A stretch of DNA of 54,247 nucleotides from Planctomycetota bacterium (lineage in GTDB: Bacteria; Planctomycetota; Planctomycetia; JALXBF01), in the NCBI GenBank assembly GCA_026991575.1, contig JALXBF010000109.1:1-54247 (forward strand), given 5' to 3'. A program made the translations under genes and the position numbers. The notes below the pieces were generated by a model that ran no database searches, was not told the origin of the DNA, and saw only the letters and a list, made by a program, of their open reading frames with translations. Below, piece by piece: positions 9,441 through 21,604 of this stretch; the first letter of the stretch is position 1; every line of letters begins with the position of its first letter.

Positions 9441-12386
9441 ATGCTTCGAAAGCGTTCCCCGGGCTGGTTGCTTTCGGTTTCGCTGGTTGGTCTCCTCGCG
9501 GCAACGGTACCGGCGGCCGAAGAGCAAGAGCAGTTCCTGGAGCGGCTACGCCAGGCGGGTTACCACGACATGGTCGTGGCCTATCTGGAGCGGCTCAAGG
9601 CACGCCCGGAAACGACGCCCGCCGAGCGGGCCGACTACGAGTTTCTCATCGGGCGAGCGCTTCTGGACTGGGCTGCCGATAGCCAGGATCTGACGGAGCG
9701 GGCGGAACTGTTGCAGCGGGCTGAGGCAGTCTTGCGCGACTATGTGGCCAAGCATCCCGAGGGCACGTATGCCGGTGATGCCTCGCTGGAGCTAGCCCGG
9801 CTGCTGTTCGAGCGTGGTAAGCTGGCGGCGGCGCGTGCAGAGCGGGCCGGGGGGGGCGATGAGGCCGGCCAGTTCCTTCAGGAGGCGCGGCGCCTGCTGG
9901 CTGAGGCGCGGGAGGCCTTCCTGGCGGCTGCCGAGGCGTTCCACCGGCAGATGCGGCAGTTTCCGGCATACATCGATCCCCGTCGCTCGATTACCGTTCA
10001 GGGCAAGCGGCTGGCCGGGCGCGAGGCGATCCGACGGAGACGGCAGGCGGAGCTGAACTGGGTGTTGGCCCAGTTCCACGCGGCGCTGGCCGACTACGAG
10101 ATTGCCCAAAGCTATCCGGAAGGCAGTGCCGAATGGCATCGCCAGTTGGAGGCGGCACGCAAGCAGTTTGAGCAGATCTATCAAAGACATCGCATTCTCG
10201 TGGTTGGTTTGCACGCACGGCTCTGGATGGCCCGCTGCTTTGAAGAGGCGGGGGAGGTTCGTCGCGCGGTTGGCTTGTACGACGAGCTGTTGCGGCACGA
10301 CCCTGCCCAGCAGCAGGATCCGGCCGCTCGCGCCGCACTGCGGAGTCTGCAGCGGCGCGTCCGGCTGCAGTGGATCTCCGCGCAGAACAGGCTGAAGAAC
10401 TACCGGCTTGCCTACGACGCTGCGCGCGAGTGGCTGCGGCAGAACCGGACCATTCGCGATGAATCGCTGCGGGCGCGAGCGCTGTGGGAGCTGGCAACTG
10501 CCGCGCGCGAGCTGGCGCGCGCGCTGCCTGAGGGCGATCGAGACCGCCGTCGGCTGCTGCGCGAAGCGATCAACGCATGGGCAGAGCTGGCACGGGGAGA
10601 ATCGCAATACCGCACGCTCGCCGTCGCCGAGCTCCAGCGCTGGGCCGGCAGCCGCGAAGCGGCCCGTACGCACGGCCGGCTGACGTTCGCCGCCGCAGTG
10701 TCGCTGGCCGAAGAAGCCCTGGAACAGGAAAAGTGGCAGGAAGCTGCCCGGTACTTCCGCACCGCCCTCACGCTGGTGCACGAGGCCGACAGCAGCTACC
10801 AGATCGAAAACGCCCGGCTGCGCTACGCGTACACGCTCTATCAGCTGGGAGAGCTGTTCGACGCGGCCGTGGTGGCCGAGCACGTCGCAAGCCGGGCGAC
10901 CGACAGCGGGCTGGCCCGCTCCGCAGCCAACATTGCCATGACTGCCTACTGGAAAGCCTACCGGAACATGTTGACCGCTACCAGGAACCAGGGGCCGCGA
11001 CCATCGGGGGCCGACTCGCTGCGCGCTCGTGCTGAGCGGATGGCTCGCCTGATCGTGGACCGCTGGCCAGAGAGTGGCCCGGCCGATTTTGCCCACTCGT
11101 TGCTGGGCAGCATTGCCTGGGCTGAAGGCAACTGGTTGCGGGCCGCTCGCCACTACGCTGCTGTTAGCATGCGCGCTGAAACGTTCGCGGCGGCTCAGCT
11201 CAGAGCGGCCGAGGCGTGGTGGCAACTCTACGTGCAACGGCTACGGGCCGGCCAAGCACAGGCAGCCAGGGAAGCTCTGGCCCAGGTGGAGAGAACCGCG
11301 GTGGCGGTCCGACAAAGGTACGAGAGCAAGACGGGTGAACCACCCGAACGGAGGCCGCTGGACCTCGTGCGCGCCGATCTGATGCTGGCCCGGGTCAGGC
11401 TGGAGCAGGGGCGGCCAGAAGAGGCCCAGGCCATACTCGAGCCGTACTTCGTGGTCCTTTTCTCCCGCCACGATCTTGCCCCGTTGCGACGGCCGTTCCT
11501 GACCACCCTGTTGCGGCTGCACCTGATGCAGGGCGACGTAGATGCGGCCCAACGGGTGCTCTCATTGCTGGATGAAACGGGCGCGGAGGACCTGAAGGAC
11601 CTGCTGACGGCGCTGGCCCTGCAGCTGGCCGAAAGGGCCGAGCTGGAGGAGGGGCAACGGGCCGGCGAGGCGCTGGCAACGCTGGCGGAACGGATTGCTG
11701 CAGCAGCCGAACCGGACGACCGCGAGGCACTCCGCTGGCTTGTGCCCCCGCTGGAGCGTGTAGGGCAGTATGACGCGGCCGAGAAGGTGTGCCGAAAGCT
11801 GATCGAACTGGCCGGCCAGGACACGCGCCAGCGACGCGCCGCCCAGCTGCTGCTGGCATCCGTGCTGAGGCACAAGGGGCAGTACGCAGCCGCGGCCGAG
11901 CTGCTGGTGTCGCGCGATCGGCGCCGCGGTGTACTCGTGGAAACCCCACGCGCGATCGATGCCATCATGGAGTACGGTAGGATCCTGTCCTGGTGGGCGC
12001 TGTCGGATCCGAGCCGCTGGGACCAGGCGATCGCGCACTGGAACCGCTATGCTCGGCTGCTGAGCATGGCGCGCCGCAAACCGCCCGAGTACTACGAGGC
12101 ATGGGCATACCTGGTGCTGTCCTATGTCGGTAAGTTCCGAAGTAGTGGATCGGGAGATACGAGGACAGCGGCACGGGGGCGAGCGCTGGTGCAGTATGCA
12201 CTGCGGAGCATGCCACCAGCAGGCCTGTCGCAACCGATCGATCCAGCACGCTGGCCCGACCTGGTCGCGTTCGCAAAGAGGGTTGGGTTGCCCATGACGG
12301 AGGGCCGGCCATACAGGGAGTTCCTGGCCGATGTGCTCGATGCGCTTGCCGGCCGATCAGCTGCAACCGGTGCCGCCGTGCGCTGA
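9441..12386 (+). CDS. Large secreted TPR-repeat protein (planctomycete type)
   Basis: Signal peptide MLRKRSPGWLLSVSLVGLLAATVPA after GA-rich RBS; FLERLRQAGYHDM N-terminus; helical A/L/R/E repeats throughout. Confidence 0.8.
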   Translation: MLRKRSPGWLLSVSLVGLLAATVPAAEEQEQFLERLRQAGYHDMVVAYLERLKARPETTPAERADYEFLIGRALLDWAADSQDLTERAELLQRAEAVLRDYVAKHPEGTYAGDASLELARLLFERGKLAAARAERAGGGDEAGQFLQEARRLLAEAREAFLAAAEAFHRQMRQFPAYIDPRRSITVQGKRLAGREAIRRRRQAELNWVLAQFHAALADYEIAQSYPEGSAEWHRQLEAARKQFEQIYQRHRILVVGLHARLWMARCFEEAGEVRRAVGLYDELLRHDPAQQQDPAARAALRSLQRRVRLQWISAQNRLKNYRLAYDAAREWLRQNRTIRDESLRARALWELATAARELARALPEGDRDRRRLLREAINAWAELARGESQYRTLAVAELQRWAGSREAARTHGRLTFAAAVSLAEEALEQEKWQEAARYFRTALTLVHEADSSYQIENARLRYAYTLYQLGELFDAAVVAEHVASRATDSGLARSAANIAMTAYWKAYRNMLTATRNQGPRPSGADSLRARAERMARLIVDRWPESGPADFAHSLLGSIAWAEGNWLRAARHYAAVSMRAETFAAAQLRAAEAWWQLYVQRLRAGQAQAAREALAQVERTAVAVRQRYESKTGEPPERRPLDLVRADLMLARVRLEQGRPEEAQAILEPYFVVLFSRHDLAPLRRPFLTTLLRLHLMQGDVDAAQRVLSLLDETGAEDLKDLLTALALQLAERAELEEGQRAGEALATLAERIAAAAEPDDREALRWLVPPLERVGQYDAAEKVCRKLIELAGQDTRQRRAAQLLLASVLRHKGQYAAAAELLVSRDRRRGVLVETPRAIDAIMEYGRILSWWALSDPSRWDQAIAHWNRYARLLSMARRKPPEYYEAWAYLVLSYVGKFRSSGSGDTRTAARGRALVQYALRSMPPAGLSQPIDPARWPDLVAFAKRVGLPMTEGRPYREFLADVLDALAGRSAATGAAVR

Positions 12387-12452
12387 GCGAGACGATCTGC
12401 CCCCCTGCGCCATCGAGGACCAACTCCCCGTGAACTCTCATGGCCGAACCGG

Positions 12453-14396
12453 CTACAGCGACCGCAGGTACTCAACGAGGGCTTCCATGTCCTCGCCCTG
12501 AATGTGGGCATGTTCCTCGGCGTTGTGCATGTATACGGCGTCCGCCAGCGTCTTGGCCCGTCCGTCATGCAGCCAGGGACCGTCATCCCAGGTTCCCCTC
12601 AGATCCGGGACATCGTACTCGTCCGGCTGGATCCGATCGCCGTTCGGCAGAACGAGCACGTCGGGCCGACCCTTGCCCGTACCCGGCGCACGACGCACGA
12701 TCAGCACCTCGTCGTGCGGGAAGTGGCACTTGGTGCAGCCGGCAATGTAGTCGCCCTCGAAGATCGCACGGCCGCGTAACGCCTTCTCCGTTAGCTCGCC
12801 GTTTGGCTTGCGGAATGGGTTGGGGACCTTCGGAATCGATAGCACATAGGCTTCCAGCTTGGCGATTTCGTCCGGCAATGGCTTGCCACCACGCATGACC
12901 TGCTCGATCGTCGGGAGGCACTCGTCGTTGCCCACCGTTCGGGCTTCCCCTTGCCAGCGGAACGGGCTCGTACCTGCAATGCCACGCAGCGATTTGATGT
13001 CCTTGAACGTGCCCAGGCCATCATCGGCCAGGTCCCACGCCAGCCGGGCGTTGTGCCCTTCCGGGTGGCACGTCGCGCAGGCGAACTGATTACGGTAGCA
13101 GAACAGCGAGGAGTTAAACAGAATCTCGCCCTCACGCAATCTGCTCCTCTCCGACGGCCCAACAGCGAAGCGACGCACCAGCTCCGACTTGTCCCCCACA
13201 CGAACGGCAGCGACCGTCTCGTTCAGACGCTCGACGACGTAGAGCCAACCGTCTGCCCCCGCAAGGCCCTGCGGATTGGCCGCCACCGTCACGTACTGTA
13301 CCCTGTCCCTGGCAAGCGAGGTGCGGGGACCGGGGGCCGAACTTGCGGTCGGTAACGCATCAAACCGCCTCAACAGCCACGCTGCGTCGATAAGCAGCAC
13401 GCGGTCCGCCGCGCCACACGCCACCACCAACCACCGCCGACCGCCTCCGTCGCGGACCAACACCAGGTCGTACGGATTGGCGTAATAACGTTCAGTAGTG
13501 TCCAGCACGAAGGCACGCACTTGGGGCGATTCGCCCAATCGGATCAGGCCGATAGCGTGGTTCCATGGCGCAGGTTCACCGGCAGCCGGTACGTCGGGTC
13601 GCGGGATCGAGTACGCGAAGGCAATGGTGCGATCGTCCAGGTAAGCGATGCCGCGCAGGTTGGCAGCAGGCTTGACGGGGATCGTCTGCAGCACGTCCAA
13701 GCTGTCGGCCGCCAGCAGCACAACGTACCGCTGCAGACCTGCGGCGTCACAGGTAACGGCTAGCGTGTTGCCGTTGGCGCTGAGGGCCATGTGCCGCGGG
13801 TTATCGGGCAGTCGCCTGCGAGCCACGACGCGTTTGGTCACCGGGTCGATGGCGCAGATCGTTTCGTCCTTGCCCATACAGGTGACATAAACCCGACCGG
13901 TAACAGGGTGCGTGATCAGGTCGAACGGCTGGTTGTCCACGGCGACGTGACAGATCGGGGCCTGAGAGCGAAGATCGAGAACGGTTACCGTGTCCGAGTA
14001 GCGGTTGGCCACATAGAGCGTTTCTCCGTCGGGTGACAGCGCGATCCCGTTGGGGTAGTCCTGGGCCGGCAGTTCGGCCAAGACCGTGCCCTTGGCAGTG
14101 TCGAGCACGATGACCGCTCTGGCGTTACTTGCGGAGACGTACAGACGGCCGCGGTCTGGATCGACTGCCGCACGCAGCGGGGTCCGGTAACGCCGGTCCA
14201 GTTCCGTCGGGTCCGGGGCAACCGTACGGAATGTTTGCGGGACCGCCGAACGATCCTCAACGAGCACGAGTTCTGCTGGCCGAGGCGCAAGAAGCGAAGC
14301 CAGGTCCAGGTAGCCGCTGAGCTGTAGGCTGAGCGGAATGAGCAGCAGTACGAGCAGGATGGCGAGCAGAAGCAGACGTCGCTGCACGCGTATCAT
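12453..14396 (-). CDS. YVTN beta-propeller + diheme cytochrome c peroxidase-fold fusion; hydrazine synthase beta-gamma-like paralog 2
   Basis: N-terminal TM anchor; propeller repeats (PNGIALSPDGETLYVANRYSDTVTVLD); CATCH and CTKCH; WDLADDGLGTFKDIKSLRG..PFRWQG; YDVPDLRGTWDDGPWLHDG; clearly paralogous to 43081-44925. Confidence 0.8.
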   Translation of the reverse strand: MIRVQRRLLLLAILLVLLLIPLSLQLSGYLDLASLLAPRPAELVLVEDRSAVPQTFRTVAPDPTELDRRYRTPLRAAVDPDRGRLYVSASNARAVIVLDTAKGTVLAELPAQDYPNGIALSPDGETLYVANRYSDTVTVLDLRSQAPICHVAVDNQPFDLITHPVTGRVYVTCMGKDETICAIDPVTKRVVARRRLPDNPRHMALSANGNTLAVTCDAAGLQRYVVLLAADSLDVLQTIPVKPAANLRGIAYLDDRTIAFAYSIPRPDVPAAGEPAPWNHAIGLIRLGESPQVRAFVLDTTERYYANPYDLVLVRDGGGRRWLVVACGAADRVLLIDAAWLLRRFDALPTASSAPGPRTSLARDRVQYVTVAANPQGLAGADGWLYVVERLNETVAAVRVGDKSELVRRFAVGPSERSRLREGEILFNSSLFCYRNQFACATCHPEGHNARLAWDLADDGLGTFKDIKSLRGIAGTSPFRWQGEARTVGNDECLPTIEQVMRGGKPLPDEIAKLEAYVLSIPKVPNPFRKPNGELTEKALRGRAIFEGDYIAGCTKCHFPHDEVLIVRRAPGTGKGRPDVLVLPNGDRIQPDEYDVPDLRGTWDDGPWLHDGRAKTLADAVYMHNAEEHAHIQGEDMEALVEYLRSL

Positions 14397-15104
14397 AGCC
14401 GGACTCCCGTTCTGCCAGCCCGACCGTGCACGTGGCCGTCTCGGTCGTCCCATCCACCCTATGCAGTTCTTGCTCAGTCGAGACGATCGCACGTATGGTC
14501 GGGCTCGCTACCGCTGTGCCACAGGCAGAAGAACGGACAGTACCGGCGGGCAGCTTGACGTTGCTACCGGTTTATACCCTTCGGTCCAGCGGCCAGTTCG
14601 GAGCGAGGACCAACGGACGACATGATGCAGACGCGGCGGGCCAGAAGCGACGGACGTGGCGTGGGTGCCAGGGGTACGAGTCTTTGCCGATGGTGCAGAC
14701 GCTGTCTGTGTGCGTCGTGAGGGGAGGAGACGGAAAAGCAAGCGGGCGGCGCGTGTGCTCATCGCTCGCCGCTGCGGCCCGAGGCGGGGGATTTGTCCCG
14801 GCTGCCGGTTTGCAGGGAAGCCAATCGCATCGGGCCGGGCCGGTAGCGCTCAGTCGGCGAAGCGTCCGCCGATGGGGTATCGTCGGTGATTCAGCCACGA
14901 CTTGCTCCGGGGCCGTGCATGTGGAAGCTTAGCTGGAGCCGGCCCCGGGGGCTCGGCCAGCAGCCGGGGCCGGCGGGGGCAGGGAAGCGACCCGGGGTTG
15001 GCCGGAGTTCGGCTTCACGCCGTCCCGTGTCTTCGGCTCATCCTCCTGGCGACTAGCTGCGAGGATAGCCGGCGCGATGCCCGCGCCTCTGCTGATGGGA
15101 CCTG

Positions 15105-18405
<3,301 letters not shown>

Positions 18406-18612
18406 TTAGCTCATCTTAGGCGCCGCACGCAGCATGGCCAGGATTCGGGCTCCAGCGCCGGCCGGCGAGCGTCCTGGAGGTTCGACCGCAGCGGATTCCT
18501 TCGTGCCAGTAGCCAGCCGCCAGCGGTAGGATGGAGTGGGAGGACGGTCGGCAACTGGGCTTGCCGGCGTCAAGAACTTCCGGTAGCGTCGTCTGGCCAG
18601 GTCGGAGAGCAC

Positions 18613-19044
18613 GTGCAGGGCTGGAACACGTCGGCGAAAAATCGGTGGTTGCATCTGGCGATTGCCGCGGCCCTGTTTGCTCCCATCGGGATTGCCACGT
18701 TTTTGAGTCCGGACCCGAGGGGCTATGGAACCCATGAGCAACTCGGGCTGCCACCCTGCGGCTTTCGCCTCGTTACGGGCTATCCGTGTCCTGGCTGTGG
18801 CGGTACGACCGCGTTCGTGCTCGCCGTGCACGGCCGGTTTCCGGCGGCGTTCCAGGTGCACGTAGCCGGCGCGACCTCGGCTGTCGTGTGCGGCGTGTCC
18901 GGCGTGACGGAGGTGCTTCTGGCAGCAGGGGTGCTCAAACGCGCCCGCGCGCACCGGATGGTGGCTCTGACCACGATGCTGGTAGCGCTTGCGGCACAGT
19001 TGGCCCTGTGGACCTGGCGAACTGCCTTGCTCTGGCTGCCGTAG
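18613..19044 (+). CDS. DUF2752-family membrane protein
   Basis: PDPRGYGTHEQLGLPPCGF..TGYPCPGCGGTT between TM helices; GTG start inferred. Confidence 0.8.
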   Translation: MQGWNTSAKNRWLHLAIAAALFAPIGIATFLSPDPRGYGTHEQLGLPPCGFRLVTGYPCPGCGGTTAFVLAVHGRFPAAFQVHVAGATSAVVCGVSGVTEVLLAAGVLKRARAHRMVALTTMLVALAAQLALWTWRTALLWLP

Positions 19045-19100
19045 CCGGAGCAACTCCGCCAGCGTCCCAATGGCAGTGACGGTTCAGGGAAGGAACGACG

Positions 19101-19757
19101 ATGAGCCAGACGAGGGTACTGCGCAGGAGGCTGTGGAGGCAGGCGGGAGCTGCACTGACGGTGGCCGCTACGCTACTGATAGCCGGGTGCCGTCCAGCAG
19201 CTCTGCTTTACTACCTGCTACTGGCACCGGAACCGAAGATTGCCGCGGAGTTCGACAAGCTCGAGGGCAAGAAGGTCGTGGTCCTCGTCTACGCCACGGC
19301 TGCGGCGCGGTATGCGTACCCAAGCATTGAAGCGGATCTGCGCCGTCACATCGTCCGCGAGCTGCTGAATAACGTCGAAGACATCGAGATCGCCGATCCG
19401 GACGAAGTCGTGGCCTGGTGCTCGAGGAACGAAGGCTTTAGCCTCGCTGAGGTCGGTAAGGAATTTGCCGCTGATTACGTGGTCTACGTCGAAATCCAGC
19501 AGTTCGCCATCTCCGACCCGGCTAGCCCACAGCTGTATCGCGGCCGCGCAGCGGCGACGATCCAGGTTGCCGACGTGCACGATGACGGCGACATCGTGTG
19601 GGAAACGTACCTGGAGTCGGCGTACCCGGCGAGCCGGTCCGTACCGGCCAGCGAGATTTCCGGCACAAAGTTCCGCAATATCTACGTGAAGCGACTGGCA
19701 CGCGAGATCGCGCGGCACTTCTTCCCGTACCGCCCGGAGGAGACGTTCACGATCTGA
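19101..19757 (+). CDS. Hypothetical lipoprotein (planctomycete-conserved type)
   Basis: Lipobox-like LLIAGC after a basic/hydrophobic leader; alpha/beta domain ending IARHFFPY. Confidence 0.7.
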   Translation: MSQTRVLRRRLWRQAGAALTVAATLLIAGCRPAALLYYLLLAPEPKIAAEFDKLEGKKVVVLVYATAAARYAYPSIEADLRRHIVRELLNNVEDIEIADPDEVVAWCSRNEGFSLAEVGKEFAADYVVYVEIQQFAISDPASPQLYRGRAAATIQVADVHDDGDIVWETYLESAYPASRSVPASEISGTKFRNIYVKRLAREIARHFFPYRPEETFTI

Positions 19758-20619
19758 GCTGGGCCTGCTCCAGGAGGGACCGATCTAGTCGGCCTTCAAA
19801 AACGCGTTCGGCCGGGCCGGTCATGTACACGCGATTGTCGGCTTCGGACCATTCCAACGTCAGGCTGCCGCCGGGCAGCTCCGCCACCACGCGGCGACCG
19901 GTCCGGCCCGTAAGCGCCGCGACCACGGCCGCGGCACACGCTCCGGTGCCGCAGGCAAGCGTCTCGCCGGCACCCCGTTCCCAAACGCGCAGCCTCAGCC
20001 GATCACGGTCCACGACCATCACCACCTCAACGTTCGCCCGCTGCGGAAAGACGCCCGCTTGCTCCAGTGCCGGTCCCAACTGCGCCAGCGGCACTGTCTC
20101 AGGTGGTTCGTCGACGAACACCACGCAGTGCGGATTGCCCATCGAGACCGCACTCAACCGCACCGTGCCTCCGTTGAGCGAGTAGGGAACTTCCAAAGGG
20201 GGGCAACCGGGTAGCTCGGCCGGGATGCGGTCCGGTTCAAAGATTGGCTCGCCCATGTCCACCCGGACCGCGATCACCTCACCACGTTCGTCTCGCCTTA
20301 CCTCCAGCCGGTGCAAGCCGCGGAGCGAGCGGATCCGGACAATCGGGCCGGCGACCCGGCCGCTTTCCACCAGGTACCTGGCAACGCAGCGGATCCCGTT
20401 GCCGCACATTTCCGCTTCCGAACCGTCCGCGTTGAAGATCCTCATGGCCGCGTCCGCCGACGCATCGGGCAGGATCAGGATCAGCCCGTCGGCTCCGACG
20501 CCGAAATGACGACGGCAGACCACGGGCGCGAGCCGCTGCGGCTCGACCGGTAGCTGCTGCCGGAAGCAGTCGACACAGACGAAGTCGTTCCCCGTGCCGT
20601 GGAGTTTGACAAAATGCAT
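19747..20619 (-). CDS. dapF: Diaminopimelate epimerase
   Basis: FVKLHGTGNDF, GVGADG, NADGSEAEMCGNG, SMGNPH, WERGAGETLACGTG. Confidence 0.98.
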   Translation of the reverse strand: MHFVKLHGTGNDFVCVDCFRQQLPVEPQRLAPVVCRRHFGVGADGLILILPDASADAAMRIFNADGSEAEMCGNGIRCVARYLVESGRVAGPIVRIRSLRGLHRLEVRRDERGEVIAVRVDMGEPIFEPDRIPAELPGCPPLEVPYSLNGGTVRLSAVSMGNPHCVVFVDEPPETVPLAQLGPALEQAGVFPQRANVEVVMVVDRDRLRLRVWERGAGETLACGTGACAAAVVAALTGRTGRRVVAELPGGSLTLEWSEADNRVYMTGPAERVFEGRLDRSLLEQAQLRS

Positions 20620-20744
20620 GGCACCGCTCCGCTGAGGCCGCGTCGGCGTTCGATCCACCGGAGGCCTTCGGTACCATCCTATGACCGGATCACGGCCGGG
20701 GCTCCGGTAGAATCTGGCCAACCGGGCAGGAGAGGATAAGCACG

Positions 20745-21572
20745 ATGAAGTTTGCAATCTGCAACGAGCTGTTTGAAGATTGGCCTCTGGAGCGGATTTG
20801 CGCGTTCGTTGCGCGCACGGGCTACGAAGGCTTGGAGCTGGCCCCGTTTACGCTGGCCTCGCGCATTGACCAGTACCCGACGCAGGCGCGGGAGCAGCTG
20901 CGGCAGACGGCGGCCGACTACGGGCTGGAGATCGTCGGCCTGCACTGGCTGCTGGCCCGTACTGAAGGTCTGCATCTGACCTGTCCCGACGAGCACGTCC
21001 GCGCGAACACGGCGGCCTATCTTGAGGAGCTGGCCAGGGCGTGTCACCAGTTGGGAGGCCACGTGCTCGTCTTCGGCTCACCCAAGCAGCGGAACCTGGA
21101 ACCGGGCGTCACCAGGCAACAGGGCATGAAGTGGGCCGCAGAAGTGTTCCGTGCCGTGATGCCCACGTTGGAAAGGTATAACGTGGTGCTGTGCGTCGAG
21201 CCGCTGGCGCCGGCCGAGACCAATTTCCTGACCAGTTGTGCCGAGGCGTGGGAACTGGTCCAGATGGTCGGCCACCCGAACTGCAAGTTGCATCTGGATG
21301 TGAAGGCGATGAGTGCCGAGCGTGAGCCGGTGCCTGCGTTGATCCGTCGTTGGGCTCGGCATGCCGGACACTTCCACGCCAACGATGCCAATATGCGTGG
21401 ACCAGGATTCGGAGACGTTGACTTCGTGCCCATCTTCGATGCCCTGCTCGAGGTCGGTTACGACGGCTGGGTGTCCGTGGAAGTGTTCGACTTCCGGCCC
21501 GATCCCGAAACGATCGCCATCAAGAGCCTCGAGTACATGCGGGCGTGCCTGCGGAAGCTGGGAGTCGCGTGA
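20745..21572 (+). CDS. Sugar phosphate isomerase/epimerase (D-tagatose/psicose 3-epimerase-like TIM barrel)
   Basis: MKFAICNE, VFGSPKQR, VEPLAPAETNF, HLDVKAM, HFHAND, VSVEVF metal-binding motifs. Confidence 0.85.
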   Translation: MKFAICNELFEDWPLERICAFVARTGYEGLELAPFTLASRIDQYPTQAREQLRQTAADYGLEIVGLHWLLARTEGLHLTCPDEHVRANTAAYLEELARACHQLGGHVLVFGSPKQRNLEPGVTRQQGMKWAAEVFRAVMPTLERYNVVLCVEPLAPAETNFLTSCAEAWELVQMVGHPNCKLHLDVKAMSAEREPVPALIRRWARHAGHFHANDANMRGPGFGDVDFVPIFDALLEVGYDGWVSVEVFDFRPDPETIAIKSLEYMRACLRKLGVA

Positions 21573-21604
21573 ACTGCCGTTGCAGTTGCCTACGGAGTGC
21601 CGTG

